From Candidatus Spongiisociaceae bacterium (GTDB lineage Bacteria; Actinomycetota; Acidimicrobiia; Spongiisociales; Spongiisociaceae), in the NCBI GenBank assembly GCA_965202665.1, contig OZ241841.1, positions 123,646-187,645 on the forward strand: DNA of 64,000 bases, given 5' to 3'. The position numbers and the translations under genes are program-made. The notes below the pieces were generated by a model. The model was not told the origin of the DNA and did no database searches. It saw nothing but the letters and a program-made list of their open reading frames with translations. Below are positions 28,315 to 37,365 of the stretch, piece after piece (position 1 is the stretch's first letter; each line of letters opens with the position of its first letter).

Positions 28315-29958
28315 TTACACCTCCTGCGCTACGGCCACCACCTCCGGGCGGCGCCCGGTTTCCGACTTGATCGCCTTGCGCACCGCCCTTTTCACGGCCG
28401 CCTCCAAACCCTCCGGCCCCCCCTCCGCGTAATCGTCGGCGAAGGCGTCCGCCGCCGCCGCGGCCGCCTCAGAGGCCAGCGCCAGCACCGCCCCGTCCTC
28501 GTCGGCGAACCCGCGGCTGACCAAGCGCGGCCTGCCCGCCAACCGGCCGGTGTCGTAATCCACCGCCACCGCCGCCACCACCGCCCCATCGTCGCTCAGC
28601 CGCCCCCGCTCGGCCAGCAACTCCTCCCGCACGTCCCCCACCCCGGAGCCGTCCACGTACACCAGGCCGGCGTCCAAAGTCCCCCGTTCCGCCACGGTGC
28701 GGTCGCCGTCGATCACCACCGCGTCCCCGTCCTCCAACACCAGCACCTCCGGCGTCCCCATCGCCTCCCCCAGCCCGGCGTGGGCCCGCAGATGCCGGAA
28801 CTCCCCGTGCACCGGCACCAACGTTTGCGGGCGAACCACGTTCAGCAAAATCTTCAACTCTTCGGCCGCGGCGTGCCCGGACACATGCACATGGGCGTTG
28901 CGTCCGTGGAAAACCCGCGCCCCTCTCCGCATCAGGTCGGAGATGACCCGGGAAGTGGAGGTTTCGTTGCCGGGAATGGGGGTGGCGGAGATGATCACGG
29001 TGTCGGTCGGGTCGATGTCCACCCAGCGGTGGCGGCCGGCGGCCATCTTCGTCAAAGCGGAAAAAGGCTCCCCCTGGGAACCGGTGGTGACGATCAGCGC
29101 CCGGTGCGGGGGCAGTTCCAACGCTTCGTCCACCGCAACCACCCTGCCTTCGGGCAGATCCAGCGCCCCCAGCTCCCCGGCGATGCGCACGTTGCGCTCC
29201 ATGGACCTCCCCAGAAAAGCCAGATAACGGTCGTCTTCCAAACCGGCGTCGGCGATTTGCTGCACGCGATGCAGGTGGCTGGCGAAACAGGTGGCGATCA
29301 CCCGCCCCGGGGCCTCCCGGATGAGGCTCCGCATGGAAGCCGCCAGCGTCCGCTCCGAAGGAACCACCCCTTCCCGTTCGGCGTTGGTGGAGTCGGACAG
29401 GAGCAACCGCACCCCCATCTCCCCCAGCCGGGCGAAGGCGGGCAGGTCGGTGGGGCGGGAGTCGATGGGGGTGGGATCCAGTTTGAAATCCCCGGTGTGC
29501 ACCACCAGCCCCTCCGGCGTGTCGAAAGCCACCCCGCACCCTTCCGGCACCGAATGGGAAACCGGGATCATCATAAACCGAAACGGGCCCTCCTCCACCC
29601 AGTCCCCGGCGGGGGTCACCCGGAAATCCTTCGGCGCCCCCAGCTCCTCCACCCGCCCGGCGGCGATGGCCAGGGCCAGTTCCGTTCCGTAGACCGGCAC
29701 GTTGCATTCCCGCAGAAAATACCCCAGCCCGCCCATGTGGTCTTCGTGGGCGTGGGTGAGGATGACGCACCGCACGTCGTCGCCCCGTTGCTCCAGCAGC
29801 CCCCGCCAGTCGGGCAACACCAAATCCACCCCCCACATGTCCTCTTCGGGAAACATCAGGCCGCAGTCGATCATGGCGATGCGGCCTTCCACTTCCAAGA
29901 AGGCGCAGTTGCGCCCCACTTCGCCGAGGCCGCCCAGGAAACCGACCCGAATGCTCAC
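28315..29958 (-). CDS. rnj: ribonuclease J
   Basis: The metallo-beta-lactamase motif THAHEDHMGG and beta-CASP blocks are present, and the length is typical (547 aa). The GTG start overlaps the dapA stop (GTGA). Confidence 0.9.
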   Translation of the reverse strand: MSIRVGFLGGLGEVGRNCAFLEVEGRIAMIDCGLMFPEEDMWGVDLVLPDWRGLLEQRGDDVRCVILTHAHEDHMGGLGYFLRECNVPVYGTELALAIAAGRVEELGAPKDFRVTPAGDWVEEGPFRFMMIPVSHSVPEGCGVAFDTPEGLVVHTGDFKLDPTPIDSRPTDLPAFARLGEMGVRLLLSDSTNAEREGVVPSERTLAASMRSLIREAPGRVIATCFASHLHRVQQIADAGLEDDRYLAFLGRSMERNVRIAGELGALDLPEGRVVAVDEALELPPHRALIVTTGSQGEPFSALTKMAAGRHRWVDIDPTDTVIISATPIPGNETSTSRVISDLMRRGARVFHGRNAHVHVSGHAAAEELKILLNVVRPQTLVPVHGEFRHLRAHAGLGEAMGTPEVLVLEDGDAVVIDGDRTVAERGTLDAGLVYVDGSGVGDVREELLAERGRLSDDGAVVAAVAVDYDTGRLAGRPRLVSRGFADEDGAVLALASEAAAAAADAFADDYAEGGPEGLEAAVKRAVRKAIKSETGRRPEVVAVAQEV

Positions 29959-30839
29959 AGGGCCTGCGCCAACCCCACCGCCGCCGTCACCGACTCGCGG
30001 GTGGATTCAAGGGCGGCCGCCAGCGGGAGGCGGGGGTCTCCCACCGGCTCCCACAGCGCGCTCAGCCCGGCCCGGGTCGGCATCGGATTGGGTTCTATGA
30101 AACACGCTTCGAAAAGGGGCATCAGGCCGTTGTGCAACCGTTCCGCCTCCGCCCGGTCGCCGGCCAGAAACGCCTCCACCATGGCTTTGATCTGGCGGCC
30201 CGCGAAGTGGGAGGCCACTGAAATCACCCCCGCCGCCCCCGCTTCCATCAGGGGGAGGGTGACCGAATCGGTGCCGGAGTAGATGGCGACCTCGTCGGGC
30301 ATCGCCGCCCGGCTTTCCTCGGTGAACCGCACGTCCTCCACTGCGTCTTTGACGGCCGCCACTTGGGGATGGCGGGCGATTTCGGCCAAGGTTTCCACTT
30401 CTATCAGGCGGGCGGCGCGCCCCGGAATGTTGTAGACGATGAGCGGCAGGTCGGTGGCTTCGGCCACCGCGTGGAAATGGGCGGCCAAACCCCGTTGCGG
30501 GGGGCGGGAATAGTAGGGGGTGACGGCCATTATCCCATCCGCTCCGGCGTCGGCCGCCCGCCGCGACATTTCCACCGAATGGGCGGTGTCGTAGGTTCCG
30601 GTTCCTGCCACCACCGCCGCCCGCGCCCCCACCGCCTCCGCCACCGTGGAATACAAGGCCAGTTTTTCGGCGTCGGACAGGGTGGGCGACTCGCCGGTGG
30701 TGCCGCTGACCACCAGGCCGTCGGAACCGTTGTCCACCAGGTAGCGGGCCAGGCGGGCGGTGCGCTCGTAGTCGACTGAACCGTCGGGGGCGAAGGGGGT
30801 GATCATGGCGGTCAGCATCGAACCGAAGGGGCTGGTCAT
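29955..30839 (-). CDS. dapA: 4-hydroxy-tetrahydrodipicolinate synthase
   Basis: MITPFAPDGSVDYE...GLVVSGTTGESPTL and YNIPGR are present. ATG is at 30839. Confidence 0.9.
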   Translation of the reverse strand: MTSPFGSMLTAMITPFAPDGSVDYERTARLARYLVDNGSDGLVVSGTTGESPTLSDAEKLALYSTVAEAVGARAAVVAGTGTYDTAHSVEMSRRAADAGADGIMAVTPYYSRPPQRGLAAHFHAVAEATDLPLIVYNIPGRAARLIEVETLAEIARHPQVAAVKDAVEDVRFTEESRAAMPDEVAIYSGTDSVTLPLMEAGAAGVISVASHFAGRQIKAMVEAFLAGDRAEAERLHNGLMPLFEACFIEPNPMPTRAGLSALWEPVGDPRLPLAAALESTRESVTAAVGLAQAL

Positions 30840-30924
30840 ATTACGCTTCCTCCCCGAAGCCGCCGGGCGCCCGCGGGCGCGGGCCGCCTCCAATCTACCA
30901 GCCGGGCGAACCGCCGCCGGGGCA

Positions 30925-31434
30925 CTACTGCCCGGCCCGGCCGGCGGCCGCCAGCAACGGCCGGGGGGTGACGTACATTTCCAACTCGGCCGTCCCCCAG
31001 GCCGCCTCGGCCAGGGAGGAGCCGGGCGTCGCCAGGCAGGCCAGGGCGGCGGTGGGCATTCCCAGCATCCCCCCGGTGAGACGGCTGGCCGTCAGCGACA
31101 TGGCCGGGTTGTGACCCACCACCAGCAACCGCTCCGCCTCTCCCTCCTCCCGCGCCATGGCCAGGACGTCCTCCGGTCCCGCCCCGTACAGTTCGGGAAC
31201 CTCCCGGATTTCCGCCTCCCATTGGCCGGCGGCGGCGGCCAGGCGGACCGTGTTCGCCGCCCGCGTCGCGTTGGAGGACAGAATCAGATCGGGGATCAGG
31301 CCGTGCGCGGCGACGAAGCTCCCGATGGCCTGCGCGGAACGCACCCCCCGCCGGTTGAGGGGGCGGTCGCGGTCGCTGCCGTATTCGGCGTCCCAGTCCG
31401 ATTTGGCGTGGCGGAGCAACATCAGGTTGGCCAT
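30925..31434 (-). CDS. histidine phosphatase family protein (SixA-like)
   Basis: The N-terminal catalytic motif is LMLLRHAKSDW. A later GHNP motif is present. The protein is 169 aa. Confidence 0.65.
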   Translation of the reverse strand: MANLMLLRHAKSDWDAEYGSDRDRPLNRRGVRSAQAIGSFVAAHGLIPDLILSSNATRAANTVRLAAAAGQWEAEIREVPELYGAGPEDVLAMAREEGEAERLLVVGHNPAMSLTASRLTGGMLGMPTAALACLATPGSSLAEAAWGTAELEMYVTPRPLLAAAGRAGQ

Positions 31435-31482
31435 GCTATGACAATAGCCCGCCCGGACGGCCGGAAGCTGGAACCGCCCGGT

Positions 31483-32010
31483 TCACCGCGCGGTGCGGTC
31501 CGCCGGCACCAGGCGCAGACCGGCCGACGGGGAGCGGGGCAGGCACCCCAGCCGGGGGGCGGGATCCACGTACGTCCCGTTGATGCGCACCGAAAAATGG
31601 AGGGTGGGATAGGGCAGGCCGGAATGCGAACGTCCGTCCGCCTCGCCCAGGGGCTGGCCGCGGGCCACCCGTTGCCCTTTAGCCACCTGCGACCGGGCCA
31701 GGTAGGAGTAACTGGTTTTCAACCCGCCTCCATGGTCCACGGTGACGGTGCGGTTGCCGGCCACCGTCCCGGAGAAGGAGACCACTCCCCCGGCCGCGGC
31801 CCGCACCGGTTCGTCGCCGACGGCCGCCAGGTCCAGGCCCCAATGTCCTCCGTAGCCGGGCCCCGGCTGGTAGCCGGCGGTTTCCTCCCCAGAAACCGGC
31901 TTCTCCAAACCCACGCAGGAAGTTCCCCCGCCGGCTCCCCCGGCTCCGTCCGCCCCCGCCCACATCCCGGCCAAGAGCGCCGCCATCCCCAATGCCAACA
32001 TACGTCGCAT
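31483..32010 (-). CDS. secreted M23 family metallopeptidase
   Basis: The signal peptide is MRRMLALGMAALLAG. The M23 zinc motifs are HWGLDL and LHFSVR. The ATG at 32010 lies behind GGGAGGA. Confidence 0.75.
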   Translation of the reverse strand: MRRMLALGMAALLAGMWAGADGAGGAGGGTSCVGLEKPVSGEETAGYQPGPGYGGHWGLDLAAVGDEPVRAAAGGVVSFSGTVAGNRTVTVDHGGGLKTSYSYLARSQVAKGQRVARGQPLGEADGRSHSGLPYPTLHFSVRINGTYVDPAPRLGCLPRSPSAGLRLVPADRTAR

Positions 32011-32162
32011 AGTCTTTCCTCCCACCCCCGTCATTCTCCTAACATACCCGGTCTCCCGCCGCTTCACAAGGGGGTCTTATCCGCCGAATCTTTCTTACTA
32101 GGAGGACTAGGAGACAGGCGGCCAAGGGCGGGAAGCAGGTTCAGGCCAACGGGATCAGGCCG

Positions 32163-32600
32163 CTCAAGCCGACCAAAAAACCTATATTCGAACTTCGCGT
32201 TCTAAGAAAACTTTTCGCGTTCTCAAAAATTGGGGGGGCCCCGCCCGCCCCCCGCCCTCCCGCCCCTAACGTACGGTGGTTTTTCGAGAAATTCAAGGGG
32301 GCCGATAGAGATATTTTTCGCGTTCCGGGGGCTGGCTAACTGGTCAGCGGGTACGCATTTTCGAAGTGGCGGCTGAAGGCCGGGCAGTTCCGATCAAAAT
32401 GTTGCCACGCCCCTCAGGCCGGCCAAAAAACCTATATTCGGACTTCGCGTTCTAAGAAAACTTTTCGCGTTCTCAAAAATTGGGGGGCCCGCCCGCCCCC
32501 CGCCCTCCCGCCCCTAACGTACGGTGGTTTTTCGAGAAATTCAAGGGGGCCGATAGAGATATTTTTCGCGTTCCGGGGACTGGCTAACTGGTCGGCGGGT
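32163..32600. repeat. two direct copies (32163-32352 and 32413-32600) of a ~190-nt non-coding unit, period 250 nt
   Basis: My base-by-base alignment gives about 5 mismatches plus one 2-nt indel. Each copy carries 3 x TTCGCGTTC and a G7 followed by a C-rich tract. No ORF of 60 aa or more lies in this gap. Confidence 0.9.
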
Positions 32601-32634
32601 TTTTTTGGGGGGATCTAACGGGTTGGCGTTTCGG

Positions 32635-34074
32635 CTAACTTCGCGGCGGGGCGGCTGGGGTCGGGGGCGGGGTTCGGCGGGGGGCGCCCGCCATTTCTAT
32701 GAAATCGCGTAGTTGGCGCAGGTTGCGCACCTCGTAGGTTCCGTCGCAGTGGTTGGCGTAGGTTTCCATTACCGAATCTCCGGTATTCCAGTAGGCGCGC
32801 GGCTCCGGGTTCAGCCAATACAGGGCCCGGGCCCGTTCCCTTATTTGGCCTAAGGTTTCCGCTCGGGGGCGGCGGTAGTTGTTGCGGGCGTCGCCGGTGA
32901 TGATGACCGTGGTGCGGGAAGTTAGGTCGTCCCCGTAGCGGTCGCGGAACATTTCCAGTGAATTTCCGTAGTCGGAATGTCCGTCCAGCCATACCACTTC
33001 CGTTTCGGCGGTCACCGCCCGCAACGCAGTTTCGAAGTCCGCTCCTTGGGTGAAGAAGCGGGTGGCTTCGTCTAGGGCGTCCACGAACACGAAAGAGCGC
33101 AACCGGCTGAACTGGCCGGACATGGCGTATACGAACTGGAGGGTGAAACGGGAGAAGGTGGCCATGGAGCCGCTCATGTCGCACAGCAGCATTATTTCCG
33201 GACGGGAAACGAACGGGTTGCGGAAAACCGGATCGATGGGGGTTCCGCCCGTTGCGAGAGAGCGGCGCATGGTGCGGCGGAAATCCAGCCGTCCGGTTCG
33301 CAACCGTTTGCGGCGGGAGGCTAGGCGGGAGGCCAGTTTGCGGGTTAGCGGATACACCGCCGACTCGATGCGGGCCAAATCCACCCGGGTGGCGTGCATC
33401 AGGTCCAAATCTTCCGCTAAGGGGACGCGCAAGGTGCGGGCCACCGCCTCCCGTCCCCGGTCGGCCACCAATCTCCTCCGGATCTCGGCCCGCACCTCCT
33501 CCCGGAACCGTTCCAGACGGGCCTCCAACTCGTCGCGGCGCACCGCCCCGTCCAAACCCCGCCCCTCCCAGCTGGCCGCCATCTCCTCCAGCAACTCGTC
33601 CACCGACAGGCGGCGCAACGTGCGGTACAAATAGTAGGCCCCGCCCACCGGACGCCCCCGTTCCATCCCCGCCAAGCCGTCCACCGCCATCCGGGCCAGG
33701 CGGCGCATCGCCTCCCCGTCCCCCCCGGCCAGGGCGGCGGCCAGCATTTCCCGCAACCTGTCCGCCGCCTCCCCCTCCCCTCCCCCCCCTCTCCCCTGTC
33801 CGGGCGGGAGCCGGGGGGAAACCCCTTCCGGGGGCGGGTCGTCGGCCGGCGGGCGGGGGCGGTCGAAGGCGAAAAACACTTCGAAGGCCGTGTCGAAGGC
33901 CGGCTGGTGGCCGGCGTTTTTGACCAGGGTGGCCGCCAAGGCCGATTTGAAGGCGGAGCGGTCGGACAGGTCGATGGCCGACAGGGCCCGCAAGGCGTCG
34001 ATCGACTCCACCATGGAAGCGGGCACCCCCGCCTCCCGCAGTTCGCGGATGAAACCGGTCAGGACCTCCAGCAT
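32635..34074 (-). CDS. VWA domain protein, CoxE-like
   Basis: The C-terminal VWA has the MIDAS start LLCDMSGSM. The N-terminal region is typical of CoxE-like partners of MoxR ATPases. It lies immediately after the MoxR gene. Confidence 0.75.
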   Translation of the reverse strand: MLEVLTGFIRELREAGVPASMVESIDALRALSAIDLSDRSAFKSALAATLVKNAGHQPAFDTAFEVFFAFDRPRPPADDPPPEGVSPRLPPGQGRGGGGEGEAADRLREMLAAALAGGDGEAMRRLARMAVDGLAGMERGRPVGGAYYLYRTLRRLSVDELLEEMAASWEGRGLDGAVRRDELEARLERFREEVRAEIRRRLVADRGREAVARTLRVPLAEDLDLMHATRVDLARIESAVYPLTRKLASRLASRRKRLRTGRLDFRRTMRRSLATGGTPIDPVFRNPFVSRPEIMLLCDMSGSMATFSRFTLQFVYAMSGQFSRLRSFVFVDALDEATRFFTQGADFETALRAVTAETEVVWLDGHSDYGNSLEMFRDRYGDDLTSRTTVIITGDARNNYRRPRAETLGQIRERARALYWLNPEPRAYWNTGDSVMETYANHCDGTYEVRNLRQLRDFIEMAGAPRRTPPPTPAAPPRS

Positions 34075-34075
34075 C

Positions 34076-34999
34076 TCATCGGGCGGGAGGCGGGTCGTCC
34101 CCCGCCGCTGGCTCCAAATCTGCCAACTCCCGTCCGGCCGCTTCGATGTCGGTCTGATGTTTCAGGGCGACGTGCAGGGTGGAGCGGGCCGTTTCGGCGT
34201 CCAGGCGGGAGGCCCCCAGAGTGAGGAGGGTGCGGGCCCAGTCGATGGATTCGCTCACCGAAGGGGCTTTCTTCAACGGCATGTCCCGCAAGCGGCGGAC
34301 GATGCGGGCCAGGCGGTCGGCCAGTTCGGCGGGCAACCCGGGCACCCGGCTGAGCAGGATTTCCCGTTCCCGTTCCACCTGCGGGTAGTCCAGATGCAGG
34401 AACAGGCAACGGCGTTTCAGGGCCTCCGACAACTCGCGGGTGTTGTTGGAGGTGAGAACCACCAGCGGGTGGGACTGCGCCTGCAAGGTGCCCAGCTCGG
34501 GTATGGACACCTGAAAGTCGGATAAAACCTCCAACAGCAGGGCTTCGGTTTCCACCTCCACCCGGTCCACTTCGTCGATCAGCAACGCCGCCGGCTGCGC
34601 GGAGCGGATGGCTTCCAGCAGGGGCCGTTCCAGCAGAAAACCGGAGGTGAAAATGTCGGCTTCCAGGCTTTCCCATCCGGCGTCGCGGTCGGCCTGGATG
34701 CGCAACAGCTGCTTTTTGTAGTTCCATTCGTAGAGGGCTTTGGACTCGTCCAAACCTTCGTAGCACTGCAGGCGGATCAGCCTTCGCCCCAGGGCGGCGG
34801 CCAGCGACTTGGCCAATTCGGTTTTTCCGGAACCGGCCGGGCCCTCCACCAGCAGGGGCTTGCCCAGCCGTTCGGCCAGAAAGGCGACGTTGCTGATATG
34901 TTCGTCGGCCAGGTAGCCGACTTTTTGCAGGGCGTCCCCCACCGCGGCGGGGGAAGCGAAATTTGCCAACTTGACTCCCGGGATCGTTTCCGGGCGCAA
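34076..34999 (-). CDS. MoxR-like AAA+ ATPase (CoxD-like)
   Basis: Walker A is LLVEGPAGSGKTELAKSLA, Walker B is LLIDEVDR and sensor 1 is VLTSN. The start is apparently TTG at 34999. Confidence 0.85.
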   Translation of the reverse strand: MRPETIPGVKLANFASPAAVGDALQKVGYLADEHISNVAFLAERLGKPLLVEGPAGSGKTELAKSLAAALGRRLIRLQCYEGLDESKALYEWNYKKQLLRIQADRDAGWESLEADIFTSGFLLERPLLEAIRSAQPAALLIDEVDRVEVETEALLLEVLSDFQVSIPELGTLQAQSHPLVVLTSNNTRELSEALKRRCLFLHLDYPQVEREREILLSRVPGLPAELADRLARIVRRLRDMPLKKAPSVSESIDWARTLLTLGASRLDAETARSTLHVALKHQTDIEAAGRELADLEPAAGDDPPPAR

Positions 35000-35001
35000 T
35001 G

Positions 35002-35508
35002 CTACCCGCCGGTCAGGGCCGCCACCATCCGCCGGGAACGTTCCGGTATCGGCTCATCGGGAAAAACGGCTTGGACGGCTTCCATAACCCGGCGGGCGGT
35101 GGTGAAACCGAGTATTCCCAGCAGGGTTTTCACGTCTTCCGCGTCGGCGCGGCGGGCGGACATGACTTTCATGGCCAGCATCCGCTCCGGGGAGGCGGCG
35201 GCCACCCACAGGGACGAATGGTCGAACACCACCCTCTCCCTCGCGTCCCCGCCCCGGGTAATGCAGGAGGAGGCCCGCTCGTTCAACCAGGAGTCGGGCA
35301 ATCCCCGGCGTCGGGCGACTTCCCGCACCGCCTCGGTCAACTCGGCGCACCCCCCGGCGGCCGGCTCGTCAAGGGGCGTGTGCCGGTCGCGGTCGTAGGC
35401 CAGGGCCATGGCCGCCCCGCCCACGATGTAGACGCGGGCGCTCACCCGCCGCCTAGACAAAATCTCGGCCACTTCCGTAAAACAGGCCTGCGTCTCTCCC
35501 CGGTTCAT
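35002..35508 (-). CDS. hypothetical protein, possibly a nucleotidyltransferase-fold (DUF6036-like) protein
   Basis: The 168-aa ORF runs from ATG 35508. The pattern VYIVGGAAMALAYDRDRHT.LD ... ERMLAMKVMSARRADAEDVKTLL recalls minimal NTase-fold proteins. The assignment is weak. Confidence 0.35.
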   Translation of the reverse strand: MNRGETQACFTEVAEILSRRRVSARVYIVGGAAMALAYDRDRHTPLDEPAAGGCAELTEAVREVARRRGLPDSWLNERASSCITRGGDARERVVFDHSSLWVAAASPERMLAMKVMSARRADAEDVKTLLGILGFTTARRVMEAVQAVFPDEPIPERSRRMVAALTGG

Positions 35509-35897
35509 CACACCACTTTCAGTTCCCGTTCGGCCAGCAACGTGCCGTGGGCTTCGAAAGCGGCCGGGGAATGAACCCGGTCCTCCATGCGGAAGAAAGT
35601 CCATTCCGGGGGGAGGATGAACCAGAAACCGTCCAGGTAACGTCCCGGTTGGAACACCCAGTCGGGGGCGCGCAACCGGTCGTGATAGCAACGGTATTCG
35701 GCGTAGGCGGCCAAAAAGGCGTCCCAGGGCGGGGTGACCGGGCCCGGTTCTTCGGCTATCAACGACAACCTTTCCCGAAGGGGGGTGTCCTCCCAGCGCA
35801 GGCCGAACTCGTGGGCTATCAGGCGCAGGCGATGCAGATCGTCCGTTTCCCTCAACAACGGGACGTAGGCGGCCAAAGTGGGCGGAAACATGGTCAT
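35508..35897 (-). CDS. hypothetical protein (129 aa)
   Basis: This is the C-terminal 129 aa of a chimeric ORF and begins MTMFPPTLAAY. Its stop shares one base with the next start (TGATG). No motif was recognised. Confidence 0.4.
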   Translation of the reverse strand: MTMFPPTLAAYVPLLRETDDLHRLRLIAHEFGLRWEDTPLRERLSLIAEEPGPVTPPWDAFLAAYAEYRCYHDRLRAPDWVFQPGRYLDGFWFILPPEWTFFRMEDRVHSPAAFEAHGTLLAERELKVV

Positions 35898-36036
35898 CCC
35901 GCCCCGTATGCTACCCGTCCCCGGCCCGGCTCCCGCCCGCCCGTCGGAGGGCGGCGGGGCGGGCAAATCTTTCGCCGGGGGGCGATAGGGCACTAACCTT
36001 ATATTCGTACAAGCTAGCGGGGGTTTACGCAACCTT

Positions 36037-37365
36037 ATGCGCATAATTATTGTCGGCGCGGGCGCGGTCGGGACTTTCCTGGCCGAACGTCTGGCGGGCG
36101 AAGGCCAGGACGTGGTTGTCATCGAAACCAACGACCGCCGCGTTGATGAGATACGGGAACGGCTGGACGCGCTGGTGATAACCGGCAACGGGGCCAGCTC
36201 CTCCGTTCTCACCGAAGCCGGAGCGGAGCGCAGCGACCTGTTGCTGGCCGTCTCCGCCAACGACGGGGCCAACCTGCTGGCCTGCCACGCCGCCAAAACC
36301 TTGGGGGTGAAACGCACCGTGGCCCGGGTGCAGGACCCCGACTTGCAGGAGGGCATAGAGGGCCTGTCGGTGGACATGGTCATCAACCCGGTGGAGTCGG
36401 CGGCGGAGGAAATCTCCACCCTGGTCAGCGAATCGGGGGTTTCGGAACTGATCGACTTCGGAGAAGGCCGCCTGTCGCTGGTGGGGGGGACCGCCACCGG
36501 CCTGTCGCCGCTGGTGGGGCCGCCGTTGAGCACCTTGCAGAACCGGGTGAACGGGTTCGGATGGCTGGCCATCGCGGTGGTGCGGGACGGGCTGACCATC
36601 GTGGCCCGTGGCGACACCACCATCCAAGAAGGCGACCACCTGCTGTTGATGGTGAAAACCGAGCATGTGGACCGGGCCAAAGAGCTGATCGGCCTCAACA
36701 AACGGGAAATCAGCCGTTGCCTGGTGGTGGGCAGCACCCGGGTGGCCTCCCAAACCGCGCAACTGCTGTTGGAAAAAGGGGTGGACGTGGTGGTGATCGA
36801 CCGGGACCGGGCCCGCAGCGAGCGGATGGCGGAGGAGAACCCGTCCGCGTTGGTCATCACCGGCGACCCCACCGACCCGGAGGTGCTGGGCGGATTCGAC
36901 ATCACCGAAGACGCGGTGGTGGCCCTCACCGGGGAGGACACCACCAACCTGATCGCCTCGCTGGTGGCCAAAGCCCTGGGGGCCCCCACCACCATCAGCC
37001 GCGTCACCCGCATGAGTTACGTGGGGTTGCTGGCCGGGATCGGGGTGGACACCACCGTTTCGGTGCGGCTGGCGGCGGCCAACTCCATTCTCCGTTTCGT
37101 GCGCCGGGGGACCATTCATTCGGTGGTCACCTTCTCCGACACCGACGCCGAGGCGGTGGAGTTCGAGGTGGATTCGCAGTGCGGCATAGTGGGGCGCACC
37201 CTCAACGACATTCCCCTCCCGTCCGGGGCGGTGGTGGGGGGCATCTTGCGCGAGGATCAAACCCTGGTGCCGTCCGGGGCCACCGAAATCCGCCCCCGGG
37301 ATCATATGATCATTTTTTCGCTTCCGTCGGCCATGGCGGAAGTGGAAAGCCTGTTTTCCCGGTGA
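36037..37365 (+). CDS. trkA: Trk potassium uptake system NAD-binding subunit
   Basis: There are two RCK/TrkA-N repeats, each with a GxGxxG motif (IIIVGAGAVGTFLA and CLVVGSTRVAS). Confidence 0.9.
   Translation: MRIIIVGAGAVGTFLAERLAGEGQDVVVIETNDRRVDEIRERLDALVITGNGASSSVLTEAGAERSDLLLAVSANDGANLLACHAAKTLGVKRTVARVQDPDLQEGIEGLSVDMVINPVESAAEEISTLVSESGVSELIDFGEGRLSLVGGTATGLSPLVGPPLSTLQNRVNGFGWLAIAVVRDGLTIVARGDTTIQEGDHLLLMVKTEHVDRAKELIGLNKREISRCLVVGSTRVASQTAQLLLEKGVDVVVIDRDRARSERMAEENPSALVITGDPTDPEVLGGFDITEDAVVALTGEDTTNLIASLVAKALGAPTTISRVTRMSYVGLLAGIGVDTTVSVRLAAANSILRFVRRGTIHSVVTFSDTDAEAVEFEVDSQCGIVGRTLNDIPLPSGAVVGGILREDQTLVPSGATEIRPRDHMIIFSLPSAMAEVESLFSR

Noticed and set aside
32011-32160. A c-di-AMP (ydaO-type) riboswitch upstream of the M23 peptidase gene, as seen before cell-wall hydrolase genes in Actinobacteria. 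The repeat unit also contains CCGACCAGUUAGCC, which vaguely recalls the ydaO 3' box.
   Set aside because: I could not find the paired conserved cores (GCGGGGGACCCA / GGGGUGAAUC / ACCCGAAUCC...AGCUAACCUCGUAAGCG) in the right order or orientation. The resemblance is limited to a short word. A covariance-model scan would be needed to revive this.
32163-32600. Possibility that the repeated region is a CRISPR array.
   Set aside because: There are only two copies, the units are about 190 nt separated by 60 nt, no short 25-40-nt repeats alternate with unique spacers, and there are no cas genes in the window.
33782-33789. A C8 run (G8 on the coding strand) inside the VWA gene as a second phase-variation tract.
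   Set aside because: It sits in a roughly 70% G+C gene within a Gly-rich linker (GQGRGGGGEGE). Runs of this length are not surprising at this composition, unlike the C13 run in AT-rich hsdM.
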